64,000 nucleotides of DNA, from the NCBI RefSeq assembly GCF_036365525.1, contig NC_090371.1, positions 275,543,929 to 275,607,928 on the forward strand. The letters run 5' to 3'. Position numbers and translations under genes: made by a program. Below the pieces are notes generated by a model that saw only the letters and a list, made by a program, of their open reading frames with translations, made no database searches and had not been told where the DNA came from. This stretch comes from Heterodontus francisci (lineage: Eukaryota). The stretch's first letter is position 1, and each line of letters starts with the position of its first letter. Positions 52,101 through 64,000 of the stretch are shown here, piece after piece.

Positions 52101-53341
52101 TTAATAAATCTGGAATAAAAAGCTAGTCTCAGTAATGGTGACCATGAAACTACTGGATTGCCGTTAAAAACCCATCTGGCTCACTAATGTCCGTTTGAAA
52201 AGGAGATCTGCCGTCCTTACCCAGTCTGGCCTACAATGTGACTCCAGACTCACAGCAATGTGGTTGACTATTAACTGCCCTCTGAAGTGGCCTGGCAAGA
52301 AACTCAGTTGCATCAAACCATACAGAAAAGTCGAAGAAGAATAAAATCAAATGGACCATCTGGCATCAACCTAGGCACCGGAAACAACAAAGGCACATCC
52401 TGCCCAGTCGACTCTGCAAAGTCCCCCTCAGTAACATCCGGGGGCTTGTGCCAAAATTGGAAGAGTCGTCCAACAGACTAGTCAAGCAATAGCTTGACAT
52501 AGTCATACTCACTAAATCATACCTTTCAGCCAATATTCCAGACTCCTCCATCACCATCCCTGGGTACATCCTGTCCCACCAGCAGGATAGACTCACCAAA
52601 AGTGTGTAAGATTATCATGGATTGATTTGCTTACAAATAATCCTTTCACTCATCTCACTTGAATTTGTCTTATTGACTGCACTGAAATGATGACCTTATA
52701 CATTTCAGAAATGCAGCTGCTTGAAAGACTTTTTCGAATATAAACCCTATGTCTGGACAAAACTATAAAAACCCAATGTCCAGAAACTTTGGTGATTTTT
52801 AGGGAAATGATGATGTTCCAAGATTGATTTAAAGTGATTTAAACTTTTGAGCTTCCACTGCTTATGACGAACTGCTAAGTTGAGCTGGTAACTGTAACCA
52901 CAAACAACTGTTAGACTAGACAGCTAAAACCACAAGGCACAAAAGTGCAGAAAAGCAGAATGCTCAGGTAAAATGTGTCCTAGGGATTAGGGAAATGTGA
53001 AAAGTGTACATGCATAGATACACAGCAGAGCAGGGGCAAGAATGATTGGAATTATCAGGCCAGATGGTAAGGAAACAGGGGTATAAGGAAGAGTGAATTT
53101 CTAACAAAAGCTGTGGAGATAGAAATCACAAATGAGATCCATAGCCTGAGCAAATGTTGGCTGAAGCCCAACTCTTGTCTTGATATCAAAACAGGACAGA
53201 GGGTAAAAAAGAAGTGAACAATGCACTCTACTCAGTCCAGTGTCCTTACAGGCAATATATGATCTCATTGGTGCTGTAAATTGCTAGAACTTTTGGTTGT
53301 CAGGTCTGAACCCCTTGCACAAAATTAATCTTACAAAATAT

Positions 53342-53359
53342 TGGCACCCCATATGGGAC
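53342..53359 (+). promoter_or_regulatory. Primer-binding site, tRNA-Arg(CCT)-like
   Basis: TGGCACCCCATATGGGAC, 17/18 match to the complement of the vertebrate tRNA-Arg(CCT) 3' end (TGGCACCCCAGATGGGAC, recalled), 6 nt after the 5' LTR end. Confidence 0.7.
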
Positions 53360-53994
53360 CTGATGAGTAGTCATTTCTTTTTTGTTCTACAGTAGGTTTT
53401 TAGGATTCATAGATGTGGCCACCACATGGATTTAGGAGGGGAGCCGAACTGAGTGTGAGATCTGATCACCCACCAGTGATAAAAGGTGCACTGAGAGAAT
53501 ATCGAAGGACGTCAAAGAAGTGTTAGAGAGTAAGTTGGGTAAAGAGAACTTACAAGAGTTGTTGTCAGAGTGCCTGACAAAAGCTGCTGCGAAATCCTAC
53601 AAAAAGGTTCATCCAGGAACGAGTGGATGGTAAGAGAATTAAGGTAGATAAGAGTAAGAAGTCATTAGCTTATGCTGCCCACTCTTATGGTCAGAGGAGT
53701 CACGAGGCAATGGGTGATATGGAAAAGGAGATAGAATGATTGAAACAATCCCTAAAAGATGAGGAACAACCTTCAAGCATCTAAATGTCATGTTACAACA
53801 ACATTGCTCCAAAGCAAATGCTAGTGCTATTGTTATTGACCCTCAAGAAACTAAGATCCAATTAAGTCAGTTAAAAAAAGAAAATTAGAAACTTAAGCGA
53901 GAATTAGTAGATGAAAGAGGAGCCTTGAGAGAGATAGTGAATAAGCCCAGTCGGGAAGCTGACCATTCTCGATGTAGACTAAAAATGTATGAAT

Positions 53995-54405
53995 TAAGTC
54001 TTGATTTTAAAATTCTCATCCTTGTTTTCAAATCCCTTTGTGGCCTCACCCCTCCCTATCTCTGTAATCTCCTCCAGCCCCACAACCCTCTGTGATATCT
54101 GCACTCCTCTAATTCTGGCCTCTTGAGGATCCCCAATTTTAATCGCGCCACCATTGGTGGATGCACCTTCAGTTGCCTTGGCCCTAAGCACTGGAATACT
54201 CTCCCTACACCTCGCCACCTCTCTAGCTCAGTCTCCTCCTTTAAGACATTCCTTAAAAATTACCTCTTGACCAAGCTTTTGGTCATGTGATCTAATATCT
54301 CCTTTTGTGACTCAGTGTCATATTTTGTTTTATAATGATCCTCTGAAGTGCCTTGGGACATTTTATTATGTTAAATGCGCCATATAAATATAAGTTGTTG
54401 TTGTT
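53995..54405 (+). mobile_element. L2-clade 3' fragment inserted in the gag of the LTR element
   Basis: TTTAAAATTCTCATCCTTGTTTTCAAATCCC...(TTG)n tail interrupts gag-like coding sequence. Confidence 0.8.
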
Positions 54406-56837
54406 TTTGAAACTAGGAAGACAGGAGGCTCTGGCGTCAGCTATCACCACCGGACCCTTACCTGGGATTAATTGATTGTAGCAGTGTGATGAAGAAAATT
54501 GGGGAGACTTAGAGTGGGAAGCTGCCTCCTATAACAACCCCAACCATGGTTTTCCAGATGCTCTGCTGGTCTGTGGCCTTACCATTTAGTCAAGATAATG
54601 ATCAGCAAAGTGGTTTAATGGAAACAACCGTCCTATCCAAACTGGCTATCCAAAGTGAAGTAGAGCTTTTTGCATGAGAATTAGGTACCATAAAAGAAGG
54701 AGACGACTCTATCACTGTCACTGAGTGATGCAGTAATTTTAAGCGAATACACCATGCATTAGAAGCAAATGATTTAAAGAAAGTTGGGCTAACTTCGACA
54801 CGGCCATTTGGCAGCAAGGGGCCGATGTCTACTGGACGCAGCCTTGGCACATCTAGGGATAAGAAACCTCAATCTAATGTTGTTGTGCACACAGACCTTC
54901 CAGGAAAAAGGGGAGACTCACCATGCTTTTGGTAATAAATTACATGACCTGTATGAGAGGTCGCAACAAATCCCATCTGACAGGAATGGGTGAACTGGTG
55001 CCCAATTTAAACAAATGTTCCTAAATCAATTATAACCATTGATTAACACAATGCTGGGTATTAGTACCTACAAAAACACCCCTTGGAATACAGTGGTGGC
55101 AAATGCCCAGTTGGCTTATGAGGCAGAAAAGTCATCACAAACCAGATAAGTCACAGGCTCTCCCACAAAAGAAATCAGTGGCTGTGGTAGAGAGGCCAGA
55201 GGCACCTAAGAATTGGAATCCAAAAAGGCCCTATTGTATTTGCGAAAGAGAGGGACATATAGCTGAAGATTGCAGGTTTCCACCAAAAGGACAGCCACCG
55301 GAGTATACGTGTAAGCCGATGAGTCCCTTGCAAGTTGAGCAAAAATTGGATAAACTGCTCACCCTGATGACTACAGCTGTTAGGACTAGCGGTTCACCAA
55401 GAGTTTTATGCTAGTCCATCAGCGCCAGTGCCGAGGGTCACCCTGTCCAGCAGACCCAATGAAGGGATCAGGTGCCCCCTAGAAAAGTCAGTAGTGGGGT
55501 TCCGACACGATGGCCGTGGCAGACCCATGATCTCTTTTGTCTTACAGGGGGCCCGGCGACAGATGTTGGCGGACACTGGATCAGCAGTAACCACACCCCC
55601 ACATCCTGAAAGCCATAGCATGGCTGCAGGGGATGCTTTTTGCTTAAAGGCTTTGTGACTGCTTTTAAATTGTGTGGGCGGGTGGGGTGGGCGCCTCCAT
55701 ACTGATACCTCAGGTAGTGGCCAGGCTATCATTGTAGTATTCTTAAAAAGTTCAAAGGCAAATAACTCCGAGAAAATATCAATTTACAATTTTTAAATAC
55801 ACATTCTTGACTTTCACTGGAATGTATATGGATACCAGATTTTAACCTTCCATTGAATTATGCACGGGTGATTTATTCCAATTGAACTACAAAAATTCCC
55901 AATTGGTGATATGATTTTCCTGTCTCTAGCACAATGACTTCCTCTCATTCTATTTTACACATCCTATTAATTATCATTGTCACACTCATGCAAGGAGAAA
56001 TTCTGAAATATGAAAGGAACTGATGAATTGACCTTAAAACAGTTACCTTTTGTTGCAAAATAAGATGGAGTAAGAGGTCAGGTGACCTCTCCTGTACTGC
56101 GAATACACATGGTAACTAATGGAACCCTGAACCAATCGTCATGTCTGGTCAAGTGTTGAAGAAAGCATTAGCAATGTAAATCGCCCATTCAATCTCAATG
56201 CCTACTCCTCTTCAACAAGTTGGGCTAACAATGACTTTGCAGACATGGTGACTCCAGACTCAAATTCAGAATAATGGGTCTGAGAAGGCACCACTTCATC
56301 AAGATAGCATAGGGATGAGCAACATCCAAACCCATTGTCTAACAATGGCCAAACCATCAGACACCATTTATGAAAACACAAAGGGAGAGCAGCTTGGGTC
56401 ACCTGACAGAAACCAAGTCTCAGATCAGGAGTTTTTAAAATAAGCGACATTTTCTGTGCAGCAATTATGAAGCCAGAAGGGAGACCCATTCCAGTTAGAA
56501 GGACCCTGCCAGAATACTATCTTTAAAGTACCTACAGGCAGAGACGAAAGGTGACCTTGAAACTCCCTACCTGAGAAATTGTAACAGGATTTCGGTCATT
56601 GAGCTGTGACTGGGACTTAAGTAAAGAACTCTGCAACAAAGCAGCTGTCCAGCTGAAACTTTCCAAACAAAGTTTGACGTCAGTGAACCAGAAAAAGGGA
56701 AAAACAGGCCTGCACCATTTTTAAATCTTCCTTCTGGGGAAACAAACAAGCTTTCACAATGAACTCTTTTTTTTAAATCATCAGACCTAAATGCATGCTA
56801 TCTTTTAATCTCTATCTTTTCTTCTGTGTGCATGGGT

Positions 56838-56858
56838 GTGTGTGTGTGTGTGTGTGTG
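56838..56858 (+). repeat. (TG)n microsatellite
   Basis: About 10 TG units. Confidence 0.9.
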
Positions 56859-56951
56859 AGTGGGTGAAGTTGCAAATATTTTGGGGTATTGCTTAATAAA
56901 CATTTATCTTTAAGCCTACAAGAAAACCTGTCATTTGTGTAATAATAACAT

Positions 56952-57089
56952 AATAAAAGCAAAATACTGCAGATGCTGGAAATCTGAAATAAAAACAGAA
57001 AGTGCTGGAAATACTCAGCAGGTCAGGCAGCATCTGTGGAGAGAGAAGCAGAGTTTACGTTTCAGGTCTGTGACCTTTCATCAGAACCC
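56952..57089 (-). mobile_element. Penelope-like element terminal repeat fragment; degenerate copies at ~7295-7390 and 35870-35910
   Basis: AAATACTGCAGATGCTGGAAATCTGAAATAAAAACAGAAAGTGCTGGAAATACTCAGCAGGTCAGGCAGCATCTGTGGAGAGAG, ending in a hammerhead motif on the minus strand. Confidence 0.65.
57051..57089 (-). ncRNA. Minimal type I hammerhead ribozyme motif
   Basis: GGGUU-CUGAUGA-A-AGGUC(ACA)GACCU-GAAAC-GUA-AACUC: complete catalytic core, stem I and stem II pair, palindromic minimal stem III. Confidence 0.65.
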
Positions 57090-57094
57090 AACAA

Positions 57095-57442
57095 ACTTGT
57101 GGTAGAAACCACACATCCCCAGAAACCTCATGACTTCCCATTTGGTCTCGGGGCAGAGAAATCCATCAATGCTTGTATTTTTGGTGTTCTTGGCAACACT
57201 TGTCCTTGACCGAGGCAGGTTACCTGCACATTTGCAAATTCACTTTTGGCAAGGTTTATCACCAAATCAGCCGACTGTAATTTTCTAAACAGACATTCTA
57301 GTTGTTCCAAGTGGTCCTTCCTAGTGTCACTGTATGCCAGCACATCATCAAGGTAAACCACAGAGTTAGGAACACTGGCTACCACTTGATTCATTAATTT
57401 CTGTAATGTTGCTGGTGCATTTTTTAGCCTGAATGGCATCAC
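57095..57442 (-). mobile_element. Ty3/Gypsy reverse transcriptase fragment (separate element, opposite strand)
   Basis: MPFRLKNAPATLQKLMN...VVYLDDVLAYS...HLEQL..LVINLAKSEF. Confidence 0.9.
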
Positions 57443-59673
57443 TCAGCATTGGAGAAGACCATCCACTCTACCATTACAAGATCCATAGCCTGAGCAAATG
57501 CTGGCTGAAGCCTAATGCTTGTCTTGCTATCAAAACAGGACAGAGGGTAAAAAAAGTGAACGATTCACTCTACTCCATCCAGTATCCTTATGGGCAATAT
57601 ATGATCTCTTTAGTGCTGTACATTGCTGCCTAAGCATTGTAATGCGTTGATCTCAGCTGTGTAACAATAAAAGAGAATTGCTAGAACTTCAGGTTGTCAG
57701 GTCCTGAACTCTTGCACAAAATTATATATTACAGGTGATGGCACAGTGGCATGCAGTAGGGAGGGAGCGGCCCTGGGTGTCCTCAACATTGACTCTGAAC
57801 CCCATGAATTCTCATGGCATCAAGTCAAACATGGGAAAGGAAACCTGTTGCTGATTACTATCTACTGCTGCCTCTCAGCTAATGAATCAGTATGCTTCCA
57901 TGTTGAACAGCACTTGAAGAAGCAGAGGGTAGCAAGGGCACAGAATGTACTCTGGATTGGGGACTTCAATACCCATCACTAAAAGTGGCTCAGTAGCTTC
58001 ACTACTGACCAAGCTGGCTGAAGGACATATCTGTCAGCCTAGGCCTGCAGCAGGTGGTGAGAGAACCAACACAAGGGAAAAACCTACTTGACCCCATCCT
58101 CACCAGTTTATCTGTCCATGACAGTATTGGTAGGAGTGACCACCACACATACCTTGTGGAGGTGAAGTCCCGTCTTCACACTGAAGATATCCTGCTTTGT
58201 GTTGCGTGTCACTACCACTGTGCTAAATGGGATAGCTTCAGAACAGATCTAGCAGCTCAAAACTGGGCATCCATGAGGCAGTGCAGGCCATCAGCAGCAA
58301 CAGAATTGTATTCAACCACAATCTGTAACCTCATGGCCCGTCATATCCCTCACTCTAGTATTACCATCAGGACAGGGGAATGACCGTTGTTCAGTGAGGA
58401 GTACAAGGGAGCATGCCAAGAGCAGCATCAGACATATCTAAAAATCTGGTGCCAACCTGGTGAAGCTGAAGAAGCGGCATGTGATAGAGTTAAGTGATCC
58501 CACAACCAATGGATCAGATCAAAGCTCTGCTGTCCTGCCACATCTAGTCATGAATGGTGGTGACAATTAAACAACAAACTGGAGGCTGTGACTCCACAAA
58601 CAACCCCATCCTCAATAATAGTGGAGTGGAAGATCCATTTTGGCTTCCTCCGGAGATCCTCAGCGCCAATTTGATTCACGTGTTAGCAGGAAACAGCCGA
58701 AGGCACTGGATACAGCAGAGGTTATTGGTCCTGACAACATCCCAGCTGTCATACTGAAGACTTGTGCTTCAGAACTAGCTGCATCACTAGCCAAGCTGTT
58801 CCAGTACAGCTTTAGAACTGACATCTACCTCATAATGTGGAAAATTGGGTATGTCCTGTCCAGAAAATGCAGGACAAATCCAATCTTGCCAATTACCACC
58901 CCATCAGCCTACTGTCATTCATCAGCGAAGTGATAGAAAGTGTCAAGCGGCACTTACTCAGCAATAACCTGATCACCGATGTTCTAGTTTGAGGTCTGCC
59001 AGGGCCAGTTGGCTCCTGACCTCATTACCGCCTTGGTCCAAACATACACAAAACAGCTGAACTCCAGAGACGAGGCAAGACTGACTGCCCTCAACATCAA
59101 GGCAGCATTTGACAGAGTGTGGCATCAAGGAGCCCTAGCAAAATTAAAGGTCAATGGGAATTAGTGTGAAAACTCTCCACTGTTTGAGTCATACCCAGCA
59201 CAAAGGAAGATGGTTGTGGCTGTTGAAGACCAATCATCTCAGCTCCAGCACATCTCTGTAGGAGTTCCTTAGGGTAGTGTCCTAGGCCCAACCATCTTCA
59301 GCTGCTTCAATAATGACCTTCCATCCAACATAAAGTTAGCAGTGGGATGTTTGTTGATGATTGCACGCACAACTCCTCAGATAATGAAGCAGTCCATGTC
59401 TGCATGCAGCAAGACCTGGACAACGTTCAGACTTAGGCTGATAAGGGCAGCAAATGTTACAAGTGCCGGGCAATTATCATCTCCAACAAGAGAGAATCTA
59501 ATCATCTCCCCTTGACATTCAATAGCATTACCATCGTTGAATCCCCTACCATCAACATGCTGGGAATTGCCATTGACCAGAAACCTAACTGGATCAGCCA
59601 CATAAATACTGTAGCTAGAAGTCTGAGGCTGAGAATTCTATGGCTAGTAAATCATTTCACGACTCCCAAAGCC

Positions 59674-59924
59674 TGTAATGAGGAGATGCCACCAGGTAAT
59701 GTTTTTTTTTTATATGTTGTCGATGCAACATAAATGAGATGCATGGAGTCCAGTTGGTTGAAGATCTCAAACTAGATTACAACTAGATTATGTATAGTAC
59801 AGAACTAACTATTTACAGAACCTAACTCTGGGTGTTACAGTTCACATGACTGCATTCTGGTACTTAGCTTATTAGCATACTAAGATCTTAAAGGGACATC
59901 ACTTTTAAAGGCAATCATCTAACA
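59674..59924. mobile_element. Solo LTR (251 bp)
   Basis: TGTAATG...CTAACA ends; 5-bp flanks AAGCC/GAGCC; cleanly interrupts LINE sequence CCCAAAGCC|TATCTACC. Confidence 0.75.
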
Positions 59925-60719
59925 GAGCCTATCTACCATCAAAAAAAACACAAGTCAGCAGTGTGATGGAATAATCTCCACTTGCCTGGGTAAGTGCAGC
60001 TCCAACAACGCAAGCAGCCCAACACCATCCTGAACAAAGTAGCCTGCTTAAATCTGCACACCACCCACCGCTGGCGCACATCAGCAGTAGATATACATAT
60101 ACAAGACGCGCTGCAGCAACTCACCAAGCCTCCCTTAACAGTACCTTCCAAACCCGCAACCTCTACCACCTAGAATGACAAGGTCAGCAGACGCATGGGA
60201 ACACCACCACTTGCAAGTTCCTCTCCAAGCCACACAGTATCTTAAGTTGGAACTATATCGCCGTTTGTTCACTGTCACGACGTCAAAAACCTGGAACTCT
60301 CTTCCGAACAGCACAGTGGGTGTACCTACACCACATGGAATGCAGTGGTTCAAGCAGGCAGCTCACCAACTTCTCAAGGGCATTGAATACTGGCCTTGCT
60401 AACAATGTTCACATCTCATGAAATAAAAATAAATGCACTGAATGATCCATTCTCATTCCATGCTTATGTTCTTGAAATATTAGCAACCCATTCTGTAACA
60501 TTTTATCCTTTTCTTTCCTGTCCATATAGCTACAGATGTAGGAAAGTACAACAATGTCATGCTGAGTGTACACAGACATGTCTAACTTGTTTCATGACAT
60601 TCCAATTATTCCTACATACAATTTTATTTTTTTAATTTCCCCCTCCAATAGTCTCCTCCCTCTCTGGAGCTTCACATTGGGGTGCTATCCCATGTGTATC
60701 AGCAGTCCTCTGGTAGTTA

Positions 60720-61165
60720 AACAAAGAACTGGCATTTATATGCCACCTTTCATGTCCTTTGGGACATCCTAAGAGATTTATAGCCAATGAAGTACTTTTG
60801 AAGTGCAATCACTATTGTAACCTAGGAAATCCAGCAGCCAATTTGCATACATGAACCTCCCACAAACAGCAATGCGAGGCATGACTGGGTGATTCAATTT
60901 TATTGATGTCAGTTGAGGGACAAATATTTTTCAGGACACTGGGCAGAACACCCTAGCTTTTTCTCAAATAATGCCATGAAAGCTCTTCTGTCCCACCTGA
61001 GGAGGCAGATGGGGCCTTGGTTTAACATCTCAGAGTGCAGTACCACCTCTGTGCTCCATTGGATTATTAGCATAGATTTTGTGTTTAATTCTCTGGAGTG
61101 GGGTTTGAACCTTCAACCTTCTAATTCGCAAGGTGAGAGCACCATCACTGAGCCAAGGGTGACAC
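60720..61165 (-). mobile_element. DeuSINE (SacSINE1-like); further partial copies at ~3195-3520, 26840-27085, 32930-33195, 42000-42220, 49820-49980, 51350-51640
   Basis: Reverse complement of the 27800-28210 type. Confidence 0.7.
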
Positions 61166-62429
61166 TTTGCTCAGCTTATGGACAAGGACTGTCCTAGGTC
61201 ATTCCCTGATCTGTGCTGAGGGAACTGACCTTAGTAACCATTGCAGTATGGACTTCAATCAGCCAGAGCTCCTGAGTTAGGAAAATCAGCCAAGACTGAC
61301 TCCTGCTGAAAGGGAACATCAAATGAAGCCAGGGCCAGGCTTGGCATGTTCACCTCCCATTTTCAAAAGATTAAGAAGTTTGCCTACACCCAGGGGAGCA
61401 GTATAAAATAGTTTATTTAGTCTGTTTACTTTGTATTATATGTAACAGTATTAAATGTCCTTCTCACACTCAGTATGAATAGAGGTTGACAAAAACAGCA
61501 ACAAATTACTTGGAGACACTGATAAACATTGGTTACAGGACTGGGCTTCTGTGGATTGTGAAACTGCATGCTTGCCAACCCAGTTTGCCAAGGTGACTTA
61601 TGACTGAGCCAGAAGGTACTGAGCTCAGCCAGGGTAGCAAAGTGCCACAATTTGCCTCAGCAAAGTAAAATTAAGCTAAATCATTACCGAATTAGTTATT
61701 TATATTTCAAGAACTTAAGCATGGAATGAGAAAAGCTCATTCAATACATCAAGTCCCTTCATTCCACAGACCATATACAATCTGCTCTATCAGCCCTACC
61801 TCACTGGAGCAAAGCTTACAGAAAAAAGTTCCCCCGTCTTCCAATTTCAGAAACTGAAAATAGAAAACAAAAGTCAGCCAGAGTTCCTGTTTTAAAAAAT
61901 CATTATTTGGTGATCCCTGCTGGAAAGCATGCATTTGAGGGACATGAACTGAGTATAGGAATGGGTTTAATTGTAATTTTGTAGTTGAATAGCCTGCCAA
62001 CACTTACTATCTGAGCTTAAAGATGAGAAATGGCCATTTGGATGAGCAACCAACCAGATGATGTCCTGGCCAGGGAACCTTACTTTGGGGGAAAAAGGAA
62101 AGGGAGACAGGGAATCTGGTTTAAAAAGTAGTGAGTAATCTGGTGTAACCATGATAAAACTAGCCCAAAGCACTGATTCACTAGGCAAAAACTTCAAGGC
62201 AAGTTGCATGAAATGACAACTTGCTTTATTCCTGTGAATGTTTTGCCCTCTTTTAGGACACTTATGGTGTTTTGATAATCTTTCAGACACAACTGCATTA
62301 TAGACACAATTGAAAAACTTTCTGACCCTACCACAAGTGCTAACTGTGCATGACCGCAATTGCCTTGGGAGGGAAATTTTCTTTCTTTTAAAAAAAAAAG
62401 TGCTCTTGTATGTTTTACAAATTATTTTA

Positions 62430-63160
62430 CAGCACTGAAACACCCCATTCAGCCCAACTACTCTGTGCTGGTGTTTATGCTACACATGAGCCTCCTCCCA
62501 CCCCCTACTTCATCTCACCCCATCACCATATCCTTCTATTCCTTTCTCCCTCATGTGTTTATCCAGTTTCCCCTTAAATGCATCTACGCTATTTGCTTCA
62601 GTTATTCCGTGGGTAGATAGTCCCACATTCTCACCACTCTCCTGAATTCCCCAATTGGATTTATTAGTGACTATCTTATATTTATGGTCCCCTAGTTCTG
62701 GTCTCCGCCTAACAAGTGAAATCATCTCCACATCTACCCTATTGAAATTCCTTTATATGTTTAAAGACCTCTATCAAGTCATAACACTGGCTCTGCATAA
62801 GAATTTTTAGTAACATAAGTAGTAGGCTATTCAGCCCCTTAAGTCTGCTCTGCTATTCATTTGGATCATGGCTGATCTGTACTTCACCTCCATTTACTCA
62901 CCTTAGCTCTATATCCCTTGATAGATTTTAGTTGGATAAGGCCATCAATCTGTCTCTAAAGCTCCAATTGACCCAGCATCCATAGTCTTTTGGGGGATAG
63001 ATTTCCAGATTTCTACTACCCTTTGTGTGAAGAAATACTTCCTGATTTCACTCCTTCAAAGGCCTAAGCTCTGATTTTAAAAGATCATGTTCCCTTGTTC
63101 TTGATTTTTCCCACCAGAGGAGAGAGTTTCTATCTGCTCTATCCTTTTAACATTTTTAAC
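62430..63160 (-). mobile_element. Two CR1 3' fragments
   Basis: EANSVDAFKGKLDKHMREKGIEGY; second tail similar to 11270-11650 and 27100-27480. Confidence 0.7.
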
Positions 63161-63213
63161 ACTTCCCGGAGAGACTGTGGGCTGACCAGTTGCTATGTAG
63201 CTCTGTACAGGAG

Positions 63214-64000
63214 TGTCATGCAGGCCCCACCTTGCCAAAAATGAGACATTAATTTCATCACATGAACATTGATTTTTAAAGTAAGGGAAGAACTTGTATT
63301 TTTAAAAGATCAGACCCTTGTCTGGAAAGGCATTTTCATAGTAACAGACAGTACTTGAAAAGGACAAAAGGGTCCACTCCTTGCTCCAATTTAATCCACA
63401 ATGGACTTTTGATTATCACATGTTGAAGGTAGCAAGGTTAGAATTCCAGGTTAACTGCTAAGATGGCCAAATACCACAAACAAACATGGTCAGACCAGTT
63501 TAGTCACATGACTAACTGGCTGTTGGAGTTTTTTTAAATTTGAACTTGCCAGAGTTTTAAAACTCAGAAAGCTGTTTGCTCCTGGACTGGAAAAGACCTC
63601 TCTCCTGTCTGCTCATCTCTTTCTCACCAGCTTTAGAATCCATTGAAGACACAGAAACCCCAAGAAAGGTCTCCGACAGCGAACAAGATTTAAAAAGAAT
63701 ACTAAGCCCCAACAAAAAGCAAGAATTACCTACAAGCAAGAACTATCTACAAATGGACTATCGTGAGCTCAAAGCACAGTAACAAGAAACTCTTCTGATA
63801 TTGCTTCAAACCTCTCCACTTTATTTTTCTTCTGCTCTTTTCTGTCTCTATTTGCATGTGCATATCACGTATGCATGCTAGCGTGGGGCATATCGTGTAT
63901 CCATAGGCATCAACCACATTAGAGCTTAAGTTCTAATAAATTTCACTTTTCTTCTTCAAACCTAAGGAAGCCTGTTTGTGCTCATTTCTTTGCCTTATAA
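63214..64000 (+). mobile_element. LTR-like repeat running off the right edge
   Basis: Starts TGTCATG; 63795-64000 is the reverse complement of ~28545-28750; internal AATAAA. Confidence 0.6.

Larger units (their letters stand above)
52605..57733 (+). mobile_element. Degraded LTR retroelement/endogenous retrovirus with gag and protease relics, no pol; contains later insertions
   Basis: TGTAAG...TTACA ends, flanks AGTG/GGTG; direct repeats 53135-53335 and 57479-57733; PBS at 53342; Zn knuckle CICEREGHIAEDC; protease GRPM...MLADTGSAVT. Confidence 0.85.
51990..60432 (+). mobile_element. Full-length degraded LINE (tRNA-like head plus APE-RT ORF) split by an LTR element at 52605-57733 and a solo LTR at 59674-59924
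   Basis: APE N-terminus (..DIVILTKSYL..TIPGYILSHQQDR) at ~52430-52600 resumes at 57734 (..SREGAALGVLNID..WIGDFNTHH, EPTQGKNLLDPIL, RSDHH); RT motifs LNIKAAFDRVWH, GVP*GSVLGP, MFVDD; family tail at ~60350-60430. Confidence 0.85.

Noticed and set aside
57128-57442. Gypsy RT as the pol of the surrounding gag-pro LTR element
   Set aside because: Opposite strand and lying against the 3' LTR remnant; a separate insertion.
27000-64000. ARHGEF38 exons expected tail-to-tail with INTS12 from human synteny
   Set aside because: No recognisable SH3/BAR/DH coding sequence found on the minus strand by eye; small exons could have been missed.
1-64000. CRISPR arrays, rRNA genes, operons
   Set aside because: None seen; the window is intron- and TE-rich vertebrate DNA.

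Overview
Eukaryotic (vertebrate) genomic DNA, almost certainly a cartilaginous fish (shark/elasmobranch), judged from HE1-type V-SINEs, SacSINE1-type DeuSINEs and shark-type CR1 LINEs. The left 27 kb holds the conserved head-to-head pair GSTCD (minus strand; first coding exon only, gene runs off the left edge) and INTS12 (plus strand; six coding exons giving a complete 452-aa PHD-finger protein), which share a small ETS-motif promoter. The rest is mostly nested transposable elements. Most notable: (1) an intronless fibrillarin (FBL) pseudogene with no poly(A), ending at what appears to be an exon junction, inside a Harbinger-like TIR element with an intact ATA target-site duplication (Pack-TIR candidate); (2) a decayed two-gene Harbinger (Myb-like plus DDE transposase) 3-7 kb away; (3) a LINE with no visible ORF1 whose 5' end is a tRNA-Thr-like Pol III head shared with a local SINE family; (4) a gag-pro LTR element with a tRNA-Arg primer-binding site inserted in that LINE; (5) a Penelope-type minimal hammerhead ribozyme. 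Family names come from motif recognition only, no database search was run, and repeat boundaries are approximate.
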